From a virus: 64,000 nucleotides of DNA. A program made the translations under genes and the position numbers. The DNA lies in IMG/VR virus record IMGVR_UViG_3300036819_000331, positions 26,588 to 90,587 of that record, one strand, 5' to 3'. The number at the start of each line of letters is the position of its first letter. Within the stretch, counting starts at the first letter, position 1. This document shows positions 37,116 through 47,400 of this stretch, piece after piece. The notes beneath the pieces were generated by a model. That model was not told the origin of the DNA and did not search any database. It worked only from the letters and a program-made list of their open reading frames with translations.

Positions 37116-37538
37116 ATGCCTGATATTTCTCCCGAGGAGCTGGCGCGCCAGAAAGCGATTATCGAGGCCCGCCTCAGGGATGAGCGCGTCCTGATCTTCA
37201 CAAACCTGATGAACGGCGTTCCGGACTGGAAGGTGGCGGAGCAGTTTCATAAAAGCGTGCCGGACATCATGCAGATATTCCGGTTCATCCTGCGTAAAAT
37301 CAGGAGCCGCAGGCTTGAGCGGATGGAACCACCTATCATCGGCGATTCCATCGCGGAGATACGCAGGCAGCGCATCACCGTGCTGTCGATACTGCCGAAG
37401 CTGAATCTGGACAGAGATCCGCGGTATAAGGATGTCCTGCACGAATCGCTGGATATCAAGAACGACGGAACCGTGAGGAATTCGGATTACCTCTATGCCA
37501 TGAAGCCGTTGCCGAGCTACAAACCCTCTGTCGGGTAA
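37116..37538 (+). CDS. hypothetical protein
   Basis: In tail operon, TAATG-coupled to the glycosyltransferase. Confidence 0.6.
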   Translation: MPDISPEELARQKAIIEARLRDERVLIFTNLMNGVPDWKVAEQFHKSVPDIMQIFRFILRKIRSRRLERMEPPIIGDSIAEIRRQRITVLSILPKLNLDRDPRYKDVLHESLDIKNDGTVRNSDYLYAMKPLPSYKPSVG

Positions 37539-38170
37539 TGCTGCTCCTGCCTACGATGGGGCGGCCGGAGAAGGCGCGGCGCTTCATCGAGGCATATCGT
37601 GCAACCGGCGGCACACTTCCGTGCTGGATTGTTTTGGATGGCGCGGATGCTCATCGCTACGATGGGTTGGAATTGCCTGGCAGATGGAGGCGGATTGTCG
37701 TCGCAGCCGGAACGAAGCCGGGTGAGATTCTCAACCAGCTCTTCGCTGAGCATCCAAATGACCCCTACTATGCCGCGACGGCGGATGACGTGGTTCCCGA
37801 GACGCCCGGTTGGGACGTAAAGCTGCGGGATGCCTGCCTGCCGGACAAGGTGGCATGGGGTTATGACGGCATCGAGAATATGGGCTCGCATCCTTTTATA
37901 GGGGGCGATCTTCTGCGCAAGCTCGGGTGGTGGGTTGCACCAGGCCTGAAGCGGTCCTGTATCGACGGCGTGTGGAACATCATCGCCGCGAAGCTCGGGC
38001 GCGGAGTCTACCTGCCGGACGTTAGAACTATTCATCATCACCATACGAATCAGAAGGCCGCCTTCGACGCCACATACGCCGCACGGGCCGACTCGCCCGA
38101 TGATGTTGCGGTCTTTCGTGCCTTTCTCGCCAATGGCCTGCCCGCCGCCTTAGAGCGGGCGAAACCTTAA
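37538..38170 (+). CDS. GT-A (family 2-like) glycosyltransferase
   Basis: LPT.GRP..VLD.D..LN..ADD.VP.TPGWD..D..W..HHH. Confidence 0.75.
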   Translation: MLLLPTMGRPEKARRFIEAYRATGGTLPCWIVLDGADAHRYDGLELPGRWRRIVVAAGTKPGEILNQLFAEHPNDPYYAATADDVVPETPGWDVKLRDACLPDKVAWGYDGIENMGSHPFIGGDLLRKLGWWVAPGLKRSCIDGVWNIIAAKLGRGVYLPDVRTIHHHHTNQKAAFDATYAARADSPDDVAVFRAFLANGLPAALERAKP

Positions 38171-38190
38171 TCCTGGAACGGAGATTCCGC

Positions 38191-38592
38191 ATGACCGACT
38201 TCGAAGACGCGCCCAAAGTGAGCCTTGGCGGTAAAGACTGGCCCATACCCCTCATGGCTGCGCGCCAGAACCGCGTCATCGACCCGCTCATCCTGAACCT
38301 GCTGCCTCTGTTCGCCGAATTGCAGGTCAATAAGGCTGCGGGCATGGCGAAGCTCGGGACCAAAGAATATGACGCCCTGCAGGACATTGCACTGCATGCC
38401 ATCCGCCGCGCGCGGCCGGAGACGACGAAAGACCAGTTCCTTGACCTCCCCATTACCCTTCCCGAGCTTGTGGCGGCATTCCCGATAATCGCTCAGCAAA
38501 CCGGCATCTTCAAGCGAGGTGAGCCGGGGGAAGCGACGGGGGCGGTGAGCCCCCAGACTGGGACAGAATCATTGCAAACGTCTGCCACCTGA
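38191..38592 (+). CDS. tail assembly chaperone (G-like)
   Basis: Between tube and tape measure; slippery G GGG GAA at 38526-38532. Confidence 0.8.
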   Translation: MTDFEDAPKVSLGGKDWPIPLMAARQNRVIDPLILNLLPLFAELQVNKAAGMAKLGTKEYDALQDIALHAIRRARPETTKDQFLDLPITLPELVAAFPIIAQQTGIFKRGEPGEATGAVSPQTGTESLQTSAT

Positions 38593-38786
38593 CGGGCTGG
38601 ACGTGGGACTACGTCGACGAGACGCTGACCGTTCCCCGCCTTGAGGCCATGTATGCGGAGTGGAAACGCAATCCGCCCCTGCCGCTGATGGTCAAGGCCT
38701 ATCTGGGGATAAAGGATACGCCTGACGTGCCACCCGGCCCCGCTCAGCTGCCGGGATTCGCAACCATGCCAGATATTGAGGAATAG
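38529..38786 (+). CDS. tail assembly chaperone T segment expressed by -1 frameshift
   Basis: -1 frame reads DWDRIIANVCHLTGWTWDYVDETLTVPRL..W..NPP to TAG 38786. Confidence 0.8.
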   Translation, partial: GSDGGGEPPDWDRIIANVCHLTGWTWDYVDETLTVPRLEAMYAEWKRNPPLPLMVKAYLGIKDTPDVPPGPAQLPGFATMPDIEE

Positions 38787-38789
38787 GAA

Positions 38790-41156
38790 ATGGCGGACGA
38801 CGTCCAAGTTCGCTTCGGCGCACAAATTGAAGGCCTCATTGCCGGGGTAGAGGCAGTCAAAGCCCAGATCAGCACCATTTCGGCCCCGATAAATTCCGTC
38901 GTCTCGTCGTTCGGGGAGATGAAAGAAGCGTTGCTCGCGGCCTTCGCCATCGATAAGGGCGCTGAGTTTGTCGATCACATCACCGGCATTGGAGAACAGA
39001 TTCTCCGCGCTACGGAGATGACCGGGCTGAGCGCCGAGGAATTTCAGACGCTTCAATATGCGATGAAGGTGACCGGAACGGAAACCGGCAACCTCGGCAT
39101 CGTCATCGACAGGCTGGAGCGCAACATTGCGCTTGCGCGCGGCGGCAGCGGGCAGGCGGTGCAGGCGTTTCAGACGCTCGGCGTCACGATGGCGGACCTG
39201 AAGGAAAAATCGCCTTACGAAATCATCCAGAAAATCGCCGACGGTTTTCACAACCTGAAAGACCCGATTCTTGCGGCAGGCGCCGCGACCGAGGTCGGAT
39301 CGCGGGGATTCGCGCAGATGCTGCCCGCCCTGAAGTCGGGCAGTGACGGGTTGAAAGAGTTCGGGGAGGCTTTCAAGCAGACTGGTTCATACCTCAATGA
39401 CGCACAGGCCGGCGCCTTCGCTAAAACCCACGAAAGCCTGATTGAACTCGAAACTGCGCTGCAAGGCACTGGTGTGCAATTGGTAAGAACGTTGAAGCCT
39501 GCTATCGATTTGGTCGTGACCGCATTGACCGGCTTGATCGAAGCGATTAACTGGGTGATAGGAAAGTTTGCTGACCTCGTCAGCATTATTGAAGGCAGCG
39601 TTCTTGTCGTAATAGCGAAGGTTATAGAGCAGATAGAAGACTTTGGCGCTGAATCTGTCGCCAATTTGGAAAAGGTGAAGATTGCCTGGCAGGCGCTCGG
39701 GCGCACGATCGAGGATGTTCGCGACGGCCAACTATCCGAAGTTTCATCGGAGTGGAACATCGCCAACGCCCAGATGGAGGTGGCGAGTAAAAAAGCCGGT
39801 GTCGCGATTCAGGAGTACGGCAGACAATATCAGGATCTGGTCGGCCAGATTGCGAAGGCGACCGGCGCGCTCACGAATTTCTGGGGCAACCTCGGTGAGA
39901 AGCCAGGCGAGAGGGGCGGCGGTGGCGCGCTGGGGACGAACAAGGAAGACGGTAGCGCAGAGAAAAATGAAATCGCTATCGAAAAAAGCGATCTGCAGAG
40001 AAACCTTGAGCTCTACCGGCTCGACGTAGCCGCGAAAAAAGATGCCGATGATGCAAAGGTCGCTTCGGGGCAAATGACGAAGCAGGCCGAGCTTGCCGAC
40101 CTGATGAATCTGGTGGGGCAAGAACGGGACGTGGTTCTGGGTGAGATCACTGAGGAACGCGATCTCTATGACCGTGATTCGGCCGACTGGGAGGAGTTGA
40201 ATAATAAAAAGCTCATCGTGGCCAAGCAATACGCCAATGAACTCGCACGGCTTAACGCGCAGAGCGCCCAAGCACAGGCAGCAGATCTGAAGAAGCTGGA
40301 AGAGTCGTACAAGTCGATGTTTTCATCGATTGATCGTGCGATGGACGGCGCATTACAAGGTGTTTTACAAGGAATCCAGACGTTTAGCCAAGCCACTGCG
40401 CGCCTCTTTGGCGACATGGTGACCTCCATGCTGGAGGATATCGCAAAACTCACGCTTCGCTGGTCGGCCTTCGAGGCGTCGAAGGGCCTATTCGGGGCTG
40501 GAGATACCGTTACGAAGGCTATTGGAGAGCAGGTCCCCACCGCTCTCGGCGGAACGCAGCAAAATAGCGTACTGAATGCGGCGATGACGAAGCTCGCCGC
40601 AGTCATGGGCATAAACACGGCGGCGCATACCGCTGGCACCGTGGCGACCACAGGCAATACCGTGGCCACAGCCAGCGATACGGTAGCGACTGGAAGTTCC
40701 ACGGTTGCGACTACTGCCGGAACACTGGCGACATCCGTCAACACGACAACGACGGCTTCCAGTGGCTTTCTCCACATCGCGGCGCTGGCGGAAAACACCC
40801 TTGCAACCGCAGCCAATACTATTGCGACGGACCTCCTGAAGATAGCGATGTTCATCAAGAGCATTCTGCCAAGCTTCGCCGTCGGCAATTGGAACGTCCA
40901 AAGTGATATGGTCGCGCAAATTCACGCTGGAGAGATGATCGTTCCAGCGGCGCAAGCCGCCCAGATTCGCAATGGCGCTGGGTTTGGCGGGAGCGCCAGT
41001 TATGGGGGCGGAAGTGGCGGCGGCAACTATACGATCAATATAAATGCGATTGATACGCAGACTGGCGCGCAGTTCCTCAAAGCGAATGCATCCGTAATCG
41101 CTCAGACCTTGTCCGGGCAGGTGCGTAATTTTAATCCCGCGCTGCGGGCGAATTAA
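38790..41156 (+). CDS. tape measure protein
   Basis: Long helical ORF after chaperones; C-terminal FAVG.W.V..DM.A.IH.GEMIVP; TVAT heptad-like repeats. Confidence 0.85.
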   Translation: MADDVQVRFGAQIEGLIAGVEAVKAQISTISAPINSVVSSFGEMKEALLAAFAIDKGAEFVDHITGIGEQILRATEMTGLSAEEFQTLQYAMKVTGTETGNLGIVIDRLERNIALARGGSGQAVQAFQTLGVTMADLKEKSPYEIIQKIADGFHNLKDPILAAGAATEVGSRGFAQMLPALKSGSDGLKEFGEAFKQTGSYLNDAQAGAFAKTHESLIELETALQGTGVQLVRTLKPAIDLVVTALTGLIEAINWVIGKFADLVSIIEGSVLVVIAKVIEQIEDFGAESVANLEKVKIAWQALGRTIEDVRDGQLSEVSSEWNIANAQMEVASKKAGVAIQEYGRQYQDLVGQIAKATGALTNFWGNLGEKPGERGGGGALGTNKEDGSAEKNEIAIEKSDLQRNLELYRLDVAAKKDADDAKVASGQMTKQAELADLMNLVGQERDVVLGEITEERDLYDRDSADWEELNNKKLIVAKQYANELARLNAQSAQAQAADLKKLEESYKSMFSSIDRAMDGALQGVLQGIQTFSQATARLFGDMVTSMLEDIAKLTLRWSAFEASKGLFGAGDTVTKAIGEQVPTALGGTQQNSVLNAAMTKLAAVMGINTAAHTAGTVATTGNTVATASDTVATGSSTVATTAGTLATSVNTTTTASSGFLHIAALAENTLATAANTIATDLLKIAMFIKSILPSFAVGNWNVQSDMVAQIHAGEMIVPAAQAAQIRNGAGFGGSASYGGGSGGGNYTININAIDTQTGAQFLKANASVIAQTLSGQVRNFNPALRAN

Positions 41157-41389
41157 TCCTCTCTGCCCGCAACGCGCTGGTAGCCCTTCTCATGCAGCAT
41201 GCACTGCTCCTCGACATTGAACCGGTCTATGTCCGTTCCACCGCTTGCAGTAGCCAGTGTTGCCTTATACCGGCAATAACCTTGATCGGCCTGCTTCTGG
41301 GCCGTCGTCACTCCCGGCTTATCGAGATGATCTGCCAAAGAGTTGCACGCGGCAAGTATAAGCAGCAGAAGAACAGGCGTGAAGCGCAT
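41153..41389 (-). CDS. small lipoprotein (moron)
   Basis: Lipobox LAAC; D..YC...CM..KGY motif; antisense to tail operon. Confidence 0.7.
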   Translation of the reverse strand: MRFTPVLLLLILAACNSLADHLDKPGVTTAQKQADQGYCRYKATLATASGGTDIDRFNVEEQCMLHEKGYQRVAGRED

Positions 41390-41552
41390 GGATTCCTCGT
41401 TGAGAAGTTACTAAATGATTAACACTTCGGTTGAATTGGGTCAATGACACTTCGATATTGACTGAAGAGTCATTTGCCCGTCTAAATGACGGAACCCTGC
41501 CGGTGTATCAGCACCAACAGGGCTCCTGGCCAACAACAAGTGGTAGCTTGCC

Positions 41553-42509
41553 GTGGTTGATGTGGAAAATAGCACGATTGCTTCCCCTGGCAACATCGAA
41601 GTTGCGGACAGGTCGCCACCGAAAGCAGAGAAGATTTACGGCGTTTACACGCATGCAAGGCCTGATGGCAGGGTGTTTTATGTTGGGAAGGGGACGGAGC
41701 GGCGAGCTAATCACCTTGGTCCATCACAGAGGACCATTTGGCATGCGAGAGCGGTAAAGAAGTATGGCAGAGCAAACATCAAGATTAGATTTATGCCGTG
41801 TGCCTCTGAGGCCGAAGCCCTGATGGAAGAGATTCGATTGATTGCAGAGTACCGTGCAAAAGGGACCAAGCTAATCAACATAACTGATGGGGGTGATGGG
41901 GTATCAGGCCTAAAACATACGGATTCTGCGCGTGAGAAGGTTCGGCAAGCGAACCTCGGCCGAAAACATGGGCCGCTTCCTGCAAGTGCGAAGGCCAAGA
42001 TCAGTGCCGTACATAAAGGCAAGAAAAAGTCAGCGGCACATATAGAGAAAATGAGGATAGCTTTTTCCGGAAGGAAGGCATCGGCAGAAACTCGGGCGAA
42101 GATGAGCGCGAGCCAGATGGGTAAGGTGCTTTCAGAAGAGGCGAAGACCCGATTAAGCATCTTAAAGAAAGGCAAGCCCCTATCAGCGGAACACCTGAGA
42201 CAACTGCGCGAATCTCGGGCGCGTCCTGAAGTGCGGGCGAGAATGAGCGCCGCGCAGAAGGGACGTACATTTTCAGAGGCGACGCGAGCCAAAATGCGGG
42301 CGGCTAGACTCGGTAAGAAATACGGGCCTCGTCCACTTGACGTTAGGCTCAAGATAGGCGTCTCACGGAAAGGTCAGCCTGGGCGTCCTCAGGCCACAGG
42401 CACTAGCGCAAAGATTGGAGCGGCTAATATAATACGCCTCGAACAGCGCGGCAATCTCTGGTCCCTCCTCATCGGCTACCTTCTCGCAATGCAACCCACT
42501 TTAATGTGA
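41553..42509 (+). mobile_element. free-standing GIY-YIG homing endonuclease with NUMOD3 repeats
   Basis: VY.H.RPDG.VFYVGKG; L.N.TDGG.G; repeated S.ETRAKMS..GK units. Confidence 0.85.
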
Positions 42510-42516
42510 TGACCGC

Positions 42517-43128
42517 ATGTCAACCGCTGTCCTTCCGACCATGCTGGGTGTCGCTTGGCCCGTCAGCCGCACCATGATGGACGATGTCACCATCCAGACG
42601 GCGATATCAGGAAAAGAGACGAGAATAAACAATCAGACCTACCCGCGCTACCAGTGGGATCTGGTCTACAACATCTTGCGCAGCGCACCGGCGTTCACAG
42701 AATATCAACAGCTTCTGGGTTTCATAAACGCCCGCTACGGGCGGTGGGATACATTCCTTTACACTGCCGATGATGACAACGCCGTTGTCGGGCAGTCGAT
42801 TGGAACTGGTGACGGCGCGACCACGCAGTTTCAGCTCCTTCGTACCCTCAGCGGTTTTATTGAGCCGGTGCTCGCGCCCAATAACGTAAGCGCGGTAAAG
42901 CTCAACGGCACCACGCAGAGCGGCGGCTCTTACTCGATATCGAACTGGGGCTCCTCAGCGCCCGGCATTCTGACATTCAACAGCGCGCCTGGAAGTGGCG
43001 TGGCTATCACCGCAGATTTCACGTACTACTGGCCCTGCCGGTTCAACATGGACAAATATGCGTTCAGCGAATTCCTGGGGGGAATGTACGAACTGAAAAA
43101 GCTCTCGATCATCTCAGTGAAGAATTAG
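42517..43128 (+). CDS. DUF2460 distal tail protein
   Basis: SG.E.R..P..W.L.Y..L.GF..R.G..D.FLY..GDG..T.FQL.R..TADF.YY..CRF. Confidence 0.85.
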   Translation: MSTAVLPTMLGVAWPVSRTMMDDVTIQTAISGKETRINNQTYPRYQWDLVYNILRSAPAFTEYQQLLGFINARYGRWDTFLYTADDDNAVVGQSIGTGDGATTQFQLLRTLSGFIEPVLAPNNVSAVKLNGTTQSGGSYSISNWGSSAPGILTFNSAPGSGVAITADFTYYWPCRFNMDKYAFSEFLGGMYELKKLSIISVKN

Positions 43129-43143
43129 AAGAATCAAAGGGTT

Positions 43144-44043
43144 ATGAAGCCAGCAAGCCCAGCATTGATAGCGCTGCTGGCAACGCGGCAATTTTATAGC
43201 GCCGATCTTTATCAGTTCGATATCTTCAATGGCTCCGTAGCCGAAACCAACCTTTACTATTGCGGTGGCGACAAGGACATCATCTGGAACGGCATCACCT
43301 GGTCCTCGGGTCACACCGGCTCAAACTCGGGCCCTTTCTTCGACCGCAAGGACAACAAGGCAAAATGCCACTGGAAGATCGGCGTCGAGGTCGATAGCCT
43401 CGTATTCGATTGCATTCCCGGTGGCGCGACTATCGGCGGCGAACCGTTCCTGTCCTTTTGTCGCCAAGGCGGCTTCGACGGCGCTGAACTCACGCTTTAC
43501 CGCGCATTCATGCCCACCTACGGCAACACGGCGGCGGGCACGGTGATCATGTTCGTGGGCCGCGTGGCCGAGATCGACGCGAGCCGCTCACTGGCGACAT
43601 TCACGGTAAACAGCCATCTCGAGTTGCTCAACCAGAACATGCCCCGCAACCTCTATCAGTCGGCGTGCTCGAACACGCTTTACGATGCGAACTGCACGCT
43701 GAATCAGACGAGCTTCGGGGTATCGGGAACCGTGGCTTCCGGCTCGACGGCCAGCGTCATCAACGCGAATCTCTCGCAGCCTGCGGGGTATTTCAGCCTC
43801 GGGCAGCTGACGTTCACCAGCGGAGCGAATCAGGGCTTCTCGGGTTCGGTGCAAAGCTACACGCCCGGGGCTCCGGGGATGGCGAGCGTGATTTCTCCAT
43901 TTCCAAGCGCGCCAGCGCCGGGTGATACGTTCACGATTTATCCGGGCTGCAACAAGCTCTTAAGTACCTGTAGTTCCAAGTTTTCAAACGCCGTGAACTA
44001 CAGAGGCGAGCCCAACATACCAAATCCTTCAACCGCCGTATGA
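43144..44043 (+). CDS. DUF2163/BR0599 baseplate hub protein
   Basis: G.FDGA..F.GRV..PRN.YQ..C...LYD..C..F.SG.N.G..PGCNK...C..KF.N. Confidence 0.85.
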   Translation: MKPASPALIALLATRQFYSADLYQFDIFNGSVAETNLYYCGGDKDIIWNGITWSSGHTGSNSGPFFDRKDNKAKCHWKIGVEVDSLVFDCIPGGATIGGEPFLSFCRQGGFDGAELTLYRAFMPTYGNTAAGTVIMFVGRVAEIDASRSLATFTVNSHLELLNQNMPRNLYQSACSNTLYDANCTLNQTSFGVSGTVASGSTASVINANLSQPAGYFSLGQLTFTSGANQGFSGSVQSYTPGAPGMASVISPFPSAPAPGDTFTIYPGCNKLLSTCSSKFSNAVNYRGEPNIPNPSTAV

Positions 44044-44492
44044 GCGACATAGAGCGCCAGCGCGCCATCCGCATCGCGCGTTCATGGATCGGCACACCCT
44101 ATCACACCGGTGCGCGAGTCAAAGGGCAGGGCGCAGATTGTATAACTCTGCTCGCCGGAATCTTCGAGGAAGCCGCGCTCGTGCCGCGCATCGAAATCCC
44201 AACCTACAGTCCGCAATGGCACCTCCATCATAGTGCCGAGCGCTACCTCGAAGGCCTGCTCAAATACACGAAGGAAATTCCCGGCCCTCCTAAGCCCGGC
44301 GATATTGCGCTCTGGAAGTTCGGCCGATGTTTCAGCCACGGCGCTATCGTGATCGCGTGGCCGCAGGTCATGCATGCTTATGTCGGATCATCCTGCCGAT
44401 ATGAGAATGCCGAGACGGCGCAATGGCTTAAGTTCATGGGTGAGGAAAGGGGCAAGCTGCGCCCGGTGAGGTTTTTTTCAATTTGGGGCTAG
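44040..44492 (+). CDS. NlpC/P60 tail peptidase
   Basis: ARSWIGTPYH..G.DC..HGAI..H. Confidence 0.9.
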   Translation: MSDIERQRAIRIARSWIGTPYHTGARVKGQGADCITLLAGIFEEAALVPRIEIPTYSPQWHLHHSAERYLEGLLKYTKEIPGPPKPGDIALWKFGRCFSHGAIVIAWPQVMHAYVGSSCRYENAETAQWLKFMGEERGKLRPVRFFSIWG

Positions 44493-44495
44493 GCA

Positions 44496-47400
44496 ATGTC
44501 GTTTCTTCGCGGTCTGATCGGTGGCGGAAAATCGACGGCCACCCAGCAGACCGCAGCCGCGGGCCTGCAGGTCCAGACCTCCGTGCAGGGAAAGCCCCTC
44601 GCGCTCATCTATGGCATGACGCGCGTCGCGCCGAACTTGATTTGGTACGGCGATTTCACCGCGACTCAGCAGTCCTCGGGCGCTGGCGGCAAGGGCGGCC
44701 TCACCGGTGCCGGTGGAAAAAGCGGCGGCTCGGCGGGGTACACCTACACGGCGTCCTTCCAGCTCGCGCTCGGCGAAGGCGTTCTCAATTCCATCTGGGA
44801 TGTATGGGCAGATAAGAATCAAAGCGATCTGCCGGACCTCGGCATGTCGTTCTTCCGGGGAGACTACCAGCAAGCCCCATGGTCGTACCTTCTTCAAGGG
44901 CAGGATGCTCAGATCGATTCGGAGCCGTACGTGGTTCCGGGTTCTCCTTACCAGGTGTCGGTCAGCAATCCGCTGCTCTACGACCAGGGCGTCATTGTCA
45001 CATCTTCGTCGTCTCTGACGTATTTTCCGACCGTCTTCCAGCCCGATCTGGCGTCGAACCAATACAGCTACATCGTCAGCGCCTCCAGCGTCACCTATAT
45101 CTTCAACTCCGCGCTTGATGGCGAGTCCGTCCAGATCAGCTACAGCGTCAACGCCCAGCCCTTCACGATTTCCGCGACGGTCGCCAGCGGCCAGGTCGAA
45201 ATCGATAACGTTTTTGGGCAGGGATTCGCCGACGCCGGAGTGACCTTCATCGTCGGGTCGCCGCTCACGAAGGCTACGGGCAGTCCCTCTGCCGGGGAGT
45301 ATACCCAGGTCGGAGGCACCTACACCTTCAATAGCGCGCAGTCGGGCGCGAACGTCATCATCAGCTACGTCCCGAACAACGGGCAGTCAATCGCGCTGGG
45401 GTACAGCGGCATCGCCTACATCGCCGCGGCGAACTTCTCGCTCGGCAACAACCCATCGCTGCCGAACTTCAATTTCGAGGTATCAGGGCTCTTTTCGCAA
45501 ACCGTCCAGCAGTCGGTGCAGGGGGAGCAATATACCCTTCCGACGGCAAACGCCCTGACGATAACCGTCCGCTTCTCTCCGGAGTTCATCTCGGACGTCG
45601 GGGTCACGGATCAGGACGGCAACGTCTATACGAAGGTCAGCGCCAGCCCCGGCACCAATCAATATGTGGTGAGCGCTGGAACCTATTCCTTCTCCAGCGG
45701 CAACGCCGGAGCGGTGGTGAATATCAGCTACAACGCGAGCATCGGGCCGGATGCCCCGCCCGCGAAAGTCGTGGCCGACCTGCTTTCAAACGCGCATTAC
45801 GGCATCGGCTTCCCCTCCGACCGGGTCGATGCCCTTACGACGTATAACGCATACACGCTTGCGACGGGCCTCGTGATATCGCCGTGCTATGACACCCAGC
45901 AGCAGGCATCCTCGATGCTGGACGACATTGCCAAGGCGACGAACAGCGCCTTTGTCTGGTCTTCTGGCGTCCTCACGCTGGTCCCGTATGGCGATGAGGC
46001 GGTCACGGCGAACGGTTTCACTTACACGCCGCCCGCATCCCCGTTGTACAGCCTGACAGACGACGATTTCCTGCCCAACAAGAACCTCACAGCGTCGGCG
46101 AGCGCGTCATTCAATGACGATCCCGTGCTTATGACCCGGCTTCGCCCGGCCGATGCGTTCAACTCGATAAAGCTGGAGTGGCTCGACCGGGGCAATGCCT
46201 ACAGCCCTGCCATCATCCAGGCGGACAATCTCGCGGCGATCAATTCCTTCGGGCTGCGGCAGGACTCGGTGCGCTCCTTCCATATGTTCTGCAACGGCAA
46301 CGCCGCGCAGATATCGGTGCAGCTCCAGCTGCAGCGGCAGTCGATCCGCAATATCTACCAGTTCACGCTCGACCAGCGGTATGTGCTGCTCGACCCGATG
46401 GACATTGTTGCGATCACCGATGTGAACCTCGGCTTGAATGAGCAGTGGGTGCGTATCAACGAGATCACCGAGAATGACGACGGCTCGCTGTCGATAGTTG
46501 CTGAAGAATATCTCCAGGGCACCGGTACGGCTCCGCAATACAGCTTCCAGCAGGGGCAGGGATTCAATGCCAACTACAACGCCGATCCCGGTGCGGTTAA
46601 CGTCCCGGTGATGTTCGAGCCTCCCGCGGAGCTTACGGAGGATCTCGAAGTCTGGCTTGGGGTGAGCGGAGGCACCTTCTGGGGCGGCTGCGAGATCTGG
46701 ATTTCGACGGACAACGATAGCTACCAGTTCGCCGGGAAAACCACGGGCCCGACGCGGCAGGGTTATGTCGATGCGGCTTTGCCCGCGGTTACGCTGGCAT
46801 CGAGCGGTCTCACTATCGACCAGGCCAACACGCTGTCGGCTGACATTTCGCTCAGCGGCGGCCAGCTTTTAAATGCCTCACAGGCCGATGCCCAGAACCT
46901 CGCGACGCTCTGCTATCTGGGCTCCGGCAATACCTACGAGCTGCTCAGCTATCAGAATGCCGCGCTGCTCACCAAGAACTTCTACGCGCTCAGCTACCTC
47001 ATACGCGGCGCTTACGATAGCCCGATTCTGGCGCACCAGGCGGGAGAGCAGTTCGCGCGCATCGACTCCAGCGTCTTCAAGTATCCCTACACGCAGGACA
47101 GGATTGGGACGACGCTCTACATCAAGTTCCTGTCGTTTAACATCTATGGCGGCGGGCAGGAGCTGCTTGAGGATGTCGAGCCGTACAGTTTCACCCTGCA
47201 GGGCCTCGCGCTTTCATCTCCCCTGCCCAATATCACGAACCTGCGCAGCAGCTACGTCGCGAACATCACGCAGCTCTCATGGGATGAAGTGTCGGACTTC
47301 CGGCCGGTCCTCTATGAGATCCGCAAGGGCAGTGCATGGACCGGCGGACAGGTGCTGGGCCGCGTGGCGCACCCGCCTTTCAATGTGCAGGGCAACGGCA

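Noticed and set aside
41400-42516. Group I intron around the GIY-YIG gene
   Set aside because: Flanking genes appear intact and no conserved intron core was recognised
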